Source: Candidatus Nitrosopumilus koreensis AR1 (GTDB lineage Archaea; Thermoproteota; Nitrososphaeria; Nitrososphaerales; Nitrosopumilaceae). Taken from it: DNA of 32,000 bases. The stretch is from NCBI RefSeq assembly GCF_000299365.1, contig NC_018655.1, positions 480,001 to 512,000 of the forward strand, given 5' to 3'. A program made the translations under genes and the position numbers. The notes beneath the pieces were generated by a model, which saw only the letters and a list, made by a program, of their open reading frames with translations, made no database searches and was not told the DNA's origin. Positions 8,525 through 17,391 of the stretch are shown in pieces. Every line of letters begins with the position of its first letter. Position 1 is the first letter of the stretch.

Positions 8525-8634
8525 GCAAATTTTACTCCATAATTTGCGCGGCCTTGCGAAAAAGACATGTTATCTACGCGAAAGCGTTGAGGGTGTGGAG
8601 AATGCTTTTCACCCTATACAAGGTCGCGCCTTTT
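8525..8634 (+). ncRNA. candidate structured small RNA (family not recognised)
   Basis: The core at 8546-8629 is about half G+C (44/84 by hand count). An 11-bp closing helix GCGCGGCCUUG/CAAGGUCGCGC has a G-U pair that is valid only on the + strand. Internal hairpins are ACGC-GAAA-GCGU and GGGUG...CACCC. AATATAT lies at 8508-8514 upstream and T-runs follow from 8631. Confidence 0.45.
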
Positions 8635-8663
8635 ACCCCTTTTAGTTCATTTTTTTAAAAAAA

Positions 8664-9932
8664 TTATTCAAGTTGAATTTTTGCCCCAACTCTGTTCATC
8701 TCTTCTATGAAATTAGGATAAGAGACCTGAACTGATTCTGGATCTGTTACAGTACAATTTCCAATGTACATTCCAGCAATACAAAACGCCATGAACAATC
8801 TATGATCGTTTTCTGAATTCAGTTCTGCTCCATTAAGAACTTCTGCTGATTCTAAAACTAGTCCATCTTCATTTTCTTGAATTTTAATTCCTAGTTTTGT
8901 TAACTCTCTTGATGTTATTGCAATTCTATCTGTTTCTTTTAATCTTGCATGTTTTACATTGACAATTTCAATTGGTTTTTCTGAATTTAATGCAAGTATT
9001 GCTAATGGCGGTAAGAGATCTGGTGAATTGCTCAAATCAAATCTTCCTCCTCTTAGTTTTTGAGGGGACTTTATTTTGATTTCATCATCATCAATACTTA
9101 CTGTTACTCCTAACTGTTCTAGTATGTCGATGAATACTTCATCACCTTGGGGCAAATTCCCAATATTTCCTTTAATTATCGTTCTATCTCCATTTAATAC
9201 TGCTGCAGATAAAAGTAATGCAAGACTTGAAAAATCAATTGGAACTGTAAATGTTGTTGAATTGTAAACTTGTGGTGAAATATTGTATCTTTTGTATGGA
9301 ATTAATGTTTGTACACTAACTCCAAATTTTCTCATTGTTGCAATTGTTGCATCAAGGTATGGTTTTGATACCAGATTGTCTTTTATTGAAAGGTTGATTC
9401 CTTTCTCAGTTAATGGTGCACTGATTAATAATGCAGAAATAAATTGACTCGAAAAATTTCCTGGAATTGTTACATCTCCTCCCATAATCTTTCCTTTAAT
9501 TTTGATTGGTGGTTTTCCATCAGTTGATTGACATTGTGCGCCTATGCTTGATAATGCATCTAAGAGAGGTTGCATGGGTCTTTTCTTGAGGCTTTCATCT
9601 CCAGTTAGAGTAATCTCTTCTGAAAACAAACTTGCAATCCCTGAGGCTATTCTGATTGTTGTTCCGGAGTTCTCAGTATTAATCTCAGGCACAATTTTAT
9701 CAAATTTTATGGGATTTTTGACAATTATTGATGAATTTTCTGTTTCAATCTCTGCACCAAATCTCTTACATGCTTCAATTGTTGCTCTAGTGTCTGCTGA
9801 TAACAGTACATTTTCCACCTTACTGTTGTTTCCTGCAAGTGATGCCAGAAATATTGCTCTGTGTGTATAGCTCTTATTTGGAGGACAAATTATTTGTCCT
9901 GATATTTTTGATTTCTCTATTTTACACTTCAT
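8664..9932 (-). CDS. aroA: 3-phosphoshikimate 1-carboxyvinyltransferase (EPSP synthase)
   Basis: PPNKSYTHRAIFLASLA and ENSGTTIRI motifs; 422 aa. Confidence 0.92.
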   Translation of the reverse strand: MKCKIEKSKISGQIICPPNKSYTHRAIFLASLAGNNSKVENVLLSADTRATIEACKRFGAEIETENSSIIVKNPIKFDKIVPEINTENSGTTIRIASGIASLFSEEITLTGDESLKKRPMQPLLDALSSIGAQCQSTDGKPPIKIKGKIMGGDVTIPGNFSSQFISALLISAPLTEKGINLSIKDNLVSKPYLDATIATMRKFGVSVQTLIPYKRYNISPQVYNSTTFTVPIDFSSLALLLSAAVLNGDRTIIKGNIGNLPQGDEVFIDILEQLGVTVSIDDDEIKIKSPQKLRGGRFDLSNSPDLLPPLAILALNSEKPIEIVNVKHARLKETDRIAITSRELTKLGIKIQENEDGLVLESAEVLNGAELNSENDHRLFMAFCIAGMYIGNCTVTDPESVQVSYPNFIEEMNRVGAKIQLE

Positions 9933-10776
9933 GAACTTCAGCCTTTTTGTTACTGATTTTTGAAATAATGATATTTCCTTCTAATGCTGAAAATGCTTTT
10001 TTGATATTAGATTCATTTTCTTTTTTTGTTATTGCTGCAATTGCTGGACCGTTGCCTGAAACTGATGCACCTAAAGATCCTCTTTCAATCAACTCTGTTA
10101 TAATTTCTGGACTTGAACTTAGAATTGATGCTGTTGCCAATCCATTAATTATCATTGCCTCCCAATAGTTTGTCTTTCTTGCTAAATTCCATGCATGATC
10201 AAAAACTGATGATAATACTTTGAGTTTTTTCAAATTTCCACGTTTTCTATTTTTTGGAATAAAGATTACTGCAATCAAGTTTGATGGGCCTTTCTCATGA
10301 CTTATTCTTTTTTTCTTTGCATTGTCTGTAACGTTAAATCCTCCATAATAACAGGAACATGCATCATCATATGCTCCTGTAATACTTACTTTTGATTCAA
10401 TTGATGCGTCAACTCCTGCAAGTAGAATTTGTTTATCTGTAAATTTTGGCTTGAATATTTTTGCACAGCCTAATGCAACTGCTGATGATATTGCACTTGA
10501 ACTTTTTAATCCATAACCTGTGGGGATTTCTGATTCTAATGTGATTGTAATTTTATTTTGTTCAAGGTCTTTTTTTGAAACGATTTTTTCAACTGTTTTG
10601 TTGATCAAACGAGAACTGAGAGTTTTATTTTCTGATTGAATGACTATTCCTTTTCCGGGAGATGTCTCTATTGTGGCTTCTACTTTAAGATCTATTCCTA
10701 ACGTGGCTCCTTTTTGATTTGCAATTGCATTTACCAGTGAAACTGCTCCGTGAACGGTTGCCTTTACCTTTGCCAT
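9922..10776 (-). CDS. aroK: shikimate kinase, archaeal GHMP-kinase type
   Basis: GHMP motif PTGYGLKSSSAISSA. It sits between aroE and aroA and overlaps aroA by 11 nt. Confidence 0.85.
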   Translation of the reverse strand: MAKVKATVHGAVSLVNAIANQKGATLGIDLKVEATIETSPGKGIVIQSENKTLSSRLINKTVEKIVSKKDLEQNKITITLESEIPTGYGLKSSSAISSAVALGCAKIFKPKFTDKQILLAGVDASIESKVSITGAYDDACSCYYGGFNVTDNAKKKRISHEKGPSNLIAVIFIPKNRKRGNLKKLKVLSSVFDHAWNLARKTNYWEAMIINGLATASILSSSPEIITELIERGSLGASVSGNGPAIAAITKKENESNIKKAFSALEGNIIISKISNKKAEVHEV

Positions 10777-11597
10777 CAGACTCCTCCTAACAGTGCTTTT
10801 TTCATGGCATTATAAGGTGCTTCCATACCGTGCCAAATCTCAAATGCTCTTGCTGCCTGACCTAGCAACATCTCATATCCAAAAATAACAATAGCGTTTT
10901 TTTCTTTTGCTTTTTTTAGAAAGTCTGTATGCATTGGCATGTATACGATATCATAAACAACTGTCTCTTTATCAATACCTTCAAGCGAAATTGGACTAGA
11001 TTCATTTTTGAGTCCTATTGATGTTGCATTGACAATAATGTTATAATTTTTTGCAGATTCTCCAACTTTATCAACAGTTATGGCATTTGCACTAAGACTA
11101 ATCTTTTGTGCAAATTCTACCAAACTGTTTGCTTTTTCTATTGTTCTGTTTGCTATTGTAATGCTTTTTGCTTTTTCTTTTGCAAAGCCTGCCACTATTG
11201 CTCTAGCGGCTCCACCTGCTCCCAGCAAAAGCACATTTGAATTTGCAATGTCTACATTTCTTTTCTTTAATGGTTCTAGAAAACCATCCATGTCTGTATT
11301 GTATCCTTTCAGTATGCCATCGTTGTTTACAACTGTGTTTACTGCACCAATCAAACTGCAAGACTCATCAATTTTATCCAAATATTTCATCATCTCAACT
11401 TTGTGTGGGATGGTAACGTTGAATCCGTTGATTTTAATTTTTTTTAACCCCTCGATTCCTTCTCCTAACTCTTCTTTTGGAATTCTATATGCAATGTATG
11501 AACAATCAAGGTTTAGTTCTCTGAATGCAGCACTGTGAATGTTCGGAGATAAGGAATGATCAATTGGATCCCCTATAACTGCAAATGTTTTCCCCAT
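10776..11597 (-). CDS. aroE: shikimate 5-dehydrogenase
   Basis: GDPIDHSLSPNIHSAAF and the NADP-binding LLLGAGGAARA. Confidence 0.92.
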   Translation of the reverse strand: MGKTFAVIGDPIDHSLSPNIHSAAFRELNLDCSYIAYRIPKEELGEGIEGLKKIKINGFNVTIPHKVEMMKYLDKIDESCSLIGAVNTVVNNDGILKGYNTDMDGFLEPLKKRNVDIANSNVLLLGAGGAARAIVAGFAKEKAKSITIANRTIEKANSLVEFAQKISLSANAITVDKVGESAKNYNIIVNATSIGLKNESSPISLEGIDKETVVYDIVYMPMHTDFLKKAKEKNAIVIFGYEMLLGQAARAFEIWHGMEAPYNAMKKALLGGV

Positions 11598-11646
11598 ATT
11601 ATCTTCGAGTAGTATGATTGATTTAAACTCTCAATTAGTCAAAAGG

Positions 11647-12318
11647 TTATTTTTTCAAGTTTGTTATTTTATTTACTTCATCAACACTGAATTGACCTGG
11701 AGCAACTGCTTTTCCTAAGGAGACGTACGTGTATGGACTGCCCAAATATAGGCATAAAATTCTTGAAATCCTACCGTAATCGCCCATGGCAAATGAGATT
11801 AGATTATTTTTGCCTTTCTTACTGTATAACTCCAGTATCCTTGTAGAGTCATCAGTTGATTTTGCAGTACTGACAATCTTTACAAAATTTGAGAATTTGC
11901 TCATTTGATTTAACTTCTTTTTTAATTCTGCAGAGTTGGGAGTTTTCTTAAAGTCGTGCCAAGAAACAAGTAATTTTGTTTTAGTTGATTTTAGATATTT
12001 GACTAGTGATGTATTTCTTTTCAGAGTGTTGAACTCTACATCTAGTAAAAATGGGTTGTACTCTGCAATTAATTTTATTATTGAAATTCTCTCTTTTTCA
12101 TTTCCTGAAAACTGTCCTCCTTCTGTTTTTGGTCTTAGTGTACATACTGATTTTTTCAAATCTTTTTTAATTAGTTCTAGTGTTTGTGGAATTTGTTCCA
12201 TTTTTAGAAAATCAAATCTTATCTCAACAAAGTCTGATTTCTTTAAAGCTGTCTTTAGTGTCTGTTTGACTTTGTTAGGTGTCTTTTCTGCAATGGATAC
12301 ACAAGTCTTGTATTTCAT
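11647..12318 (-). CDS. aroD: 3-dehydroquinate dehydratase, type I
   Basis: VEIRFDFL (E-x-R-x-D) and LLDVEF motifs; 223 aa; pathway context. Confidence 0.8.
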   Translation of the reverse strand: MKYKTCVSIAEKTPNKVKQTLKTALKKSDFVEIRFDFLKMEQIPQTLELIKKDLKKSVCTLRPKTEGGQFSGNEKERISIIKLIAEYNPFLLDVEFNTLKRNTSLVKYLKSTKTKLLVSWHDFKKTPNSAELKKKLNQMSKFSNFVKIVSTAKSTDDSTRILELYSKKGKNNLISFAMGDYGRISRILCLYLGSPYTYVSLGKAVAPGQFSVDEVNKITNLKK

Positions 12319-12319
12319 T

Positions 12320-13381
12320 TTATTTTTCTAAAATGTATTCGTCTGAAACTTCCATGCCAAAATGTCTACCTGTAGCAGGTTTTGAATGAACCATAACAGT
12401 ATCTCCTTTCTTAAGATGTGTAACTGATACTAGTTGTCCATTTGGTTTTACAAAACGAATTGTCTCTGCATCTTGTGCAATAATTCCGCCTATCTCATTT
12501 CCTGCTTTTGCTTTTATCATTAACATTGGTCTTCTTTCAATCTTTGATCTTCCTACAGTTGCTCGTCTTGCCTTTCCTTTGGAATTTAGAATTAATACTT
12601 CTGAGCCTGTTTCTACTTCTGAGAGATAGTTGGTTGTACCGTCTGGAGATAATGTGTAACAATGTACTGCCCCTGCATTGACTCTAAATGGTCTTGGTGA
12701 TGTAAATGACGAACCCACTGATTCATTATGTACCAAAAACAAAAAGTTTGATCTGCTTCCAATCAACATCCCTTCTCCTTTGTGAAGTATTGATGCAGTA
12801 TCTACGCAAACTCTCTCGCCGTCTCCCACTTCTTTGATGTCAATAATCTTTGCAGGTTTCATGTCAAAACTTCTGGTTCCCAGGTAGACCATTGCTTCTC
12901 TAACTTCATTAATTGATGATGTACTGAAAATCACTCCATCTACTCCTACTTCTAGAATTGAGAACATCTTTCTTACTTCTTCAGGTGTTCTTGCAATCGC
13001 AAAAATTTTGGTGTGAATCTTGTGAAGTTTTGCAATAATATTCTCTAATGGAATAATTTTCCAGTCTTTAACTTCTACGACTACAAAATCTAATCCTTTT
13101 TTTGCAATAGATAAGATATTTTCAATGTCTGTATTTGATAACACTTGGAATTTTCTTCCAACTTTCTTTCCCTTTGGTTTTGATGCATTCTCTTTTTCAA
13201 GAACAACATAATTGGCATTGCTTGATGGATAGACAGTTTGTAATTTTGATTTTTTCTTACCAAGTTTTTTTGGGTCAAGGTAAACCATTTTGATTCCTTC
13301 ATCTTCTAACTGAGGCAAAAGTTTGGATAATTGTGCCTGTGAGCCTTTAGGGGAGATAATTAATTCTCTACTTTTACTCAA
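12320..13381 (-). CDS. aroB': 3-dehydroquinate synthase II (archaeal type)
   Basis: 353-aa ORF between the ADH synthase gene and aroD, overlapping the upstream gene by 8 nt. The call rests mainly on size and context, since I recall no strong motif. Confidence 0.7.
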   Translation of the reverse strand: MSKSRELIISPKGSQAQLSKLLPQLEDEGIKMVYLDPKKLGKKKSKLQTVYPSSNANYVVLEKENASKPKGKKVGRKFQVLSNTDIENILSIAKKGLDFVVVEVKDWKIIPLENIIAKLHKIHTKIFAIARTPEEVRKMFSILEVGVDGVIFSTSSINEVREAMVYLGTRSFDMKPAKIIDIKEVGDGERVCVDTASILHKGEGMLIGSRSNFLFLVHNESVGSSFTSPRPFRVNAGAVHCYTLSPDGTTNYLSEVETGSEVLILNSKGKARRATVGRSKIERRPMLMIKAKAGNEIGGIIAQDAETIRFVKPNGQLVSVTHLKKGDTVMVHSKPATGRHFGMEVSDEYILEK

Positions 13382-14156
13382 TTTTCTTCATTGCTTCCTT
13401 TGCTGTACCTTTTCTGAAAATTATTTCAGCTAATGCTTCTACCATTTTTTCAGGTGCTTTATGTGCAAAGATATTTCTTCCATATGTGACACCTTTTGCT
13501 CCTGCAGTCATGGCGTCTTCAGTCATCTGTAAAATATCTAAATCTGTTTTTGCTTTTGGCCCTCCTGCAATTACAATTGGAACTGGTGTACTCTTTACAA
13601 CTTTTGCAAATGAATCAATGTCTCCTGTGTATAATGTCTTGACAATATCTGCACCACATTCTGCACCAATCCTTGCAACATGTGCAACAATTTCAGGATC
13701 ATGCGGATCTTTGATGTTCTCTCCTCTTGGATACATCATTGCTAAAAGTGGCATGCCCCATCTGTGACATTGATCAGCAGTTAACCCTAACTGCTCTAAC
13801 ATTTCTGGTTCTTCTTTTCCTCCAATGTTGATATGCAATGAAACTCCGTCTGCTCCTAATGCAACAGCTTCTTTTACAGTACCTATGAGCATTTTTCGAT
13901 TAGGTGATAATGATAATGCTGTACTGCTTGAAAAATGAACTAAAATTCCAACTTTGGTTGGTTTTGGTAATGATTTGATAATTCCTTTGTTAATTATTAC
14001 ACTTGTAAGGCCATGACCTTCACATTTGTAAATTGTTGATGCTGGGTCTTCAAGACCCTCAATAGGTCCGTTTGAAATCCCGTGATCCATTGGAATGCAT
14101 AACATCTTTCCTTTTCTAAGAATTCGATTAAGTCTAATCTGATTACCAGATACCAT
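13374..14156 (-). CDS. aroA': 2-amino-3,7-dideoxy-D-threo-hept-6-ulosonate (ADH) synthase, DhnA-type class I aldolase
   Basis: DhnA/class I aldolase features (IPMDHG, GADIVKT containing the Schiff-base Lys, GRNIF). It is the first gene of the aro cluster. Confidence 0.8.
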   Translation of the reverse strand: MVSGNQIRLNRILRKGKMLCIPMDHGISNGPIEGLEDPASTIYKCEGHGLTSVIINKGIIKSLPKPTKVGILVHFSSSTALSLSPNRKMLIGTVKEAVALGADGVSLHINIGGKEEPEMLEQLGLTADQCHRWGMPLLAMMYPRGENIKDPHDPEIVAHVARIGAECGADIVKTLYTGDIDSFAKVVKSTPVPIVIAGGPKAKTDLDILQMTEDAMTAGAKGVTYGRNIFAHKAPEKMVEALAEIIFRKGTAKEAMKKIE

Positions 14157-14181
14157 GAGTTGATCTCCTTTTCGTGCCCTA

Positions 14182-14192
14182 CTTAAAAATAA
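14182..14192 (-). promoter_or_regulatory. TATA-like box (TTATTTTTAAG on the - strand) for the aro cluster
   Basis: It lies about 26-36 nt upstream of the aroA' ATG at 14156. Confidence 0.3.
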
Positions 14193-14291
14193 CGTGAATA
14201 CTCAATCTCAAATTCATTAAGATTTGAGCACAAACCCTCAATTGTTTTTTCTATCAAGGATTAAATAGAAATTCCAAAGGATCAAAGACAA

Positions 14292-15410
14292 TTGAGTCAG
14301 ACAACTGAGCAACTACAAAAAAGCGACATTAAAGACATTTTGGAAAATTCTCTAAATGGAAAAAGACCTAATCCTGAAGATTGTATGAGATTATTGGAAT
14401 CTGATGATGTTCATCTGATGGGGCTTGTGTCTGGTCATTTAACAAGAAAACAATTTGGAAAAAAAGCATCTTTTGTAAATAACATAATTTTGAATTATAC
14501 TAACGTCTGTATTACTGATTGTAAGTTTTGTGCATTCTACAGATCACCTGGGGCTGATGATTCTTACACACTAACATTGGATCAAATTGAATCTCGAGTT
14601 AAAACTGCATGGGACATGTTTAAGATTCGTCAAGTGTTAATTCAAGGAGGACATAACCCAAATCTGAAAATTGAATATTATGAAGATGCATTTAGAATGA
14701 TCAGAGAAAAATTTCCCAAAGTTGGGGTTCATGGACTATCCACATCTGAAATCGACATGATTGCAAGAGTTGAAAAATCATCAACTAAGGAAGTTTTATC
14801 CAGACTCAAAGACGCAGGTCTACAATCTATGCCGGGGGCAGGAGCTGAGATCTTAACTGACTCTGTCAAAGAAATCATCAGTCCAAAGAAAATTTCTAGT
14901 GATGATTGGATTAGAATCATGGATGAAGCTCATTCTCTTGGAATTCCTTCTTCTGCAACAATGATGTATGGACATGTGGAAAACAAAAATGATGTTGTTG
15001 AACACTTTTTCAAACTTGTAAAACTACAAGAAAAAACCAAAGGATTCATGGCATTTATTCCATGGAACTTTGAACCAAATAATACTCTGATGCATAAAGA
15101 AGGACTTGTAGAATATGGGACAGGCGGAATTCAACTCTTAAAGATGATTGCTATATCTAGATTGATTTTTGATGGTCTTATTCCACATATTCAATCCTCA
15201 TGGCTGACAAATGGTATTGGCATGGCACAACTTGCTTTGCAGTATGGCGCAGATGACTTTGGCGGAACCTTGATTGGAGAAGAAGTAGTTTCTTGTACTG
15301 GAGCGCGCTCAACCGAACTTACAGATAAAATAATTATTGACGCAATTCATCAAATTGGTTACTCTGTAGAAGAGAGAGATAATTTCTATAACCCTGTCTC
15401 AGTATTATAA
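14292..15410 (+). CDS. radical SAM enzyme of the MqnC/MqnE (futalosine menaquinone pathway) / CofH-like family
   Basis: CITDCKFCAF (CxxxCxxC) cluster motif. The 372-aa size and TIM-barrel radical SAM blocks fit the family. The neighbouring gene is a UbiD-family decarboxylase. The start is a TTG. Confidence 0.7.
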   Translation: MSQTTEQLQKSDIKDILENSLNGKRPNPEDCMRLLESDDVHLMGLVSGHLTRKQFGKKASFVNNIILNYTNVCITDCKFCAFYRSPGADDSYTLTLDQIESRVKTAWDMFKIRQVLIQGGHNPNLKIEYYEDAFRMIREKFPKVGVHGLSTSEIDMIARVEKSSTKEVLSRLKDAGLQSMPGAGAEILTDSVKEIISPKKISSDDWIRIMDEAHSLGIPSSATMMYGHVENKNDVVEHFFKLVKLQEKTKGFMAFIPWNFEPNNTLMHKEGLVEYGTGGIQLLKMIAISRLIFDGLIPHIQSSWLTNGIGMAQLALQYGADDFGGTLIGEEVVSCTGARSTELTDKIIIDAIHQIGYSVEERDNFYNPVSVL

Positions 15411-16847
15411 CCCATAATCAGACCATTTAGAATCTACTAGATTTTTTGTTTCATCATCAACTTTTACTTGTTGCTGGATTTCTCTATTGTATCCTTCTTC
15501 CTTTGTTTTTTGTGTGGCATCAATTCCCATCTTTGAACCCAAGTTGACAAGTGGTGAAGCTGGATCTAATGTATCTGTTGGAGCATTGTTGATTATTGTG
15601 GTGTCTCTTGCTGCATCTGCTCTAGTTGTAATTGCCCAAATCACATCGTTGATATCGTGAACGTTGATGTCTTCATCTACCACAACAAACATCTTTGTTA
15701 ATGATAGCTGTCCCATTCCCCATAAACCCATCATCACTTTTTTTGCTTGACCTGGATACCTCTTTTTGATTGAAATTATTGCAAATCCTTGGAACCATCC
15801 AGCTGCTGGCATGCTAAAGTCAACTACCTCTGGATGAAACATCTGAATTAGCGGCAAAAATGAACGCTCAATAACTTTTCCAATATATGCATCTTCCAAG
15901 ATTGGTTTTCCGACCACCGTTGTAACGTATACTGGATCTTTTCTTCTCATTATTCCTGTCAGTGTAAATGTTGGATATGGTTCTACTGGAGTATAGTATC
16001 CTGTATGATCTCCAAATGGACCTTCATCTCTAATGTCTGATGGATCAACATATCCTTCTAAAACAATTTCAGCATTTGCTGGAACATCCAAATCAATTGT
16101 TTTACATTTCACAGTTTTGATTCCTTCTTTTCTTGTAATTCCTGCAAACAAGTATTTGTCTAGTCCTTCTGGAACTGGTGCAATTGATGAAAATACTGTT
16201 GCAGGCTCGCCTCCAATAATTATTGCAGTTGGGATTTTCTCTCCTCTGTCTTTTGAGATGTCTCCATGATGTGCACCTCTCTTGTGTTTTTGCCAATGCA
16301 TTAATGCATGTGTTTTATCAACTATTTGCATTCTGTAAACTCCTAAATTTCTAACTCCTGTTTCTGGATGTTTTGTAGCTACCATCCCTAACGTGATAAA
16401 TTGCCCTGCATCATTTGGCCAAGATTTTAGAATCGGTAAATCGTCAAACGATGCATCAGTTGATGTGATCTCTGTTACTGGCCCACTAACTTCTGATTTT
16501 GGAAATGATGCAGTCATCTTTGAGAGTTCTGGAAGTTTTTTTATTTTGTTTAACAATCCTGATGGAACATCCATCTTTGTCATGTCGGCAATACGTTTAC
16601 CAATTTCAGTAAAATCTGTCATTTCAAGTCCAATCTCTAATCTTTTCATAGAACCAAACGCATTTCCCAAAACGGGCATATCGTAATCTTTTACGTTTTC
16701 AAAAAGAATCGCAGGTCCATCTGAATACATCTCTCTTCTCATAATTTCTGCAATCTCTAAATTCGAATCAACTTCTGTTTGTACTCTCTTCAATTCTCCA
16801 TTTTTTTCAAGCTCTGAAATGAACTCGTGGATGTCTTCTATTGGCAC
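15405..16847 (-). CDS. ubiD: UbiD-family (prenylated-FMN dependent) aromatic decarboxylase
   Basis: 480 aa with typical UbiD blocks (GVYRMQ, WQKHKRGA, IIGG.P, GPFGDHTGYY). Confidence 0.88.
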   Translation of the reverse strand: MPIEDIHEFISELEKNGELKRVQTEVDSNLEIAEIMRREMYSDGPAILFENVKDYDMPVLGNAFGSMKRLEIGLEMTDFTEIGKRIADMTKMDVPSGLLNKIKKLPELSKMTASFPKSEVSGPVTEITSTDASFDDLPILKSWPNDAGQFITLGMVATKHPETGVRNLGVYRMQIVDKTHALMHWQKHKRGAHHGDISKDRGEKIPTAIIIGGEPATVFSSIAPVPEGLDKYLFAGITRKEGIKTVKCKTIDLDVPANAEIVLEGYVDPSDIRDEGPFGDHTGYYTPVEPYPTFTLTGIMRRKDPVYVTTVVGKPILEDAYIGKVIERSFLPLIQMFHPEVVDFSMPAAGWFQGFAIISIKKRYPGQAKKVMMGLWGMGQLSLTKMFVVVDEDINVHDINDVIWAITTRADAARDTTIINNAPTDTLDPASPLVNLGSKMGIDATQKTKEEGYNREIQQQVKVDDETKNLVDSKWSDYGL

Positions 16848-16920
16848 ATTAATTCTGAATACGGTTCAAGTATAAGCTTAACTAGATTTGTATTTGAATT
16901 CGTACTTGAAAACACTTTCT

Positions 16921-17295
16921 CTACATTGGTGGAAGTTCTGTTTTTTTATCGTGTCCACCAGAGCCAAATTTACAGTAAAAGCACAATTCTGATTCCATGT
17001 ATTTTAGCTGCTCTACTTGTATTGCTCCAAGTTTTAATGCAATCTTTGTTAGAATTTTGTATTTTAATGGCATTGCAGGGATCACCTCATCCATGTATAC
17101 TCTGTAGTGATCTGGGCAAAACTTGAGAGTGACTTTGGCTGGTTCTTTGCCCTTTTCGTTCACTTGCTTTGTAAAATTGATCTGTTCTCTGATGTATTCG
17201 TGTTTTGGGCATGGACAGTCTTTGCCTCCTGGATGTTTGTATGCAGGAGTATTTTTCCAGTCAAATTCTGGAAATTCTTTCTCAAAGTCATCCAT
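16921..17295 (-). CDS. hypothetical Cys/His-rich protein
   Basis: The ORF track starts at a TTG at 17334. I prefer the ATG at 17295 because TTTTATAA (17318-17325, - strand) is centred about 26 nt upstream of it. Motifs are DCPCPKH, FCPDH and CFYCKFGSGGH. Confidence 0.5.
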   Translation of the reverse strand: MDDFEKEFPEFDWKNTPAYKHPGGKDCPCPKHEYIREQINFTKQVNEKGKEPAKVTLKFCPDHYRVYMDEVIPAMPLKYKILTKIALKLGAIQVEQLKYMESELCFYCKFGSGGHDKKTELPPM

Positions 17296-17317
17296 GAGAT
17301 CAGTTAGTAATTTGTGC

Positions 17318-17325
17318 TTATAAAA
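17318..17325 (-). promoter_or_regulatory. TATA box (TTTTATAA)
   Basis: Consensus-like archaeal TATA about 26 nt upstream of the ATG at 17295. Confidence 0.4.
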
Positions 17326-17391
17326 CTTGATCAAATTTGTGTATGGTAATAACCCAAATGCTCATAAACCCCGGATTATTCATCCTGATTA

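Noticed and set aside
11080-12331. 152-aa and 131-aa + strand ORFs antisense to aroE and aroD
   Set aside because: They are unusually long for an AT-rich genome. However, they mirror the codon phase of the real genes, are F/S/L/A-rich nonsense, and have no promoter geometry or motif, so I treat them as shadow ORFs.
13090-13302. 70-aa - strand ORF inside aroB' in another frame
   Set aside because: It lies wholly inside a longer, context-supported gene, and its sequence is K/Q-rich and low-complexity.
16827-17323. + strand ORFs 16827-17126, 17107-17307 and 17123-17323
   Set aside because: They are antisense to the Cys/His-rich gene and to the end of ubiD, and their composition is hydrophobic junk.
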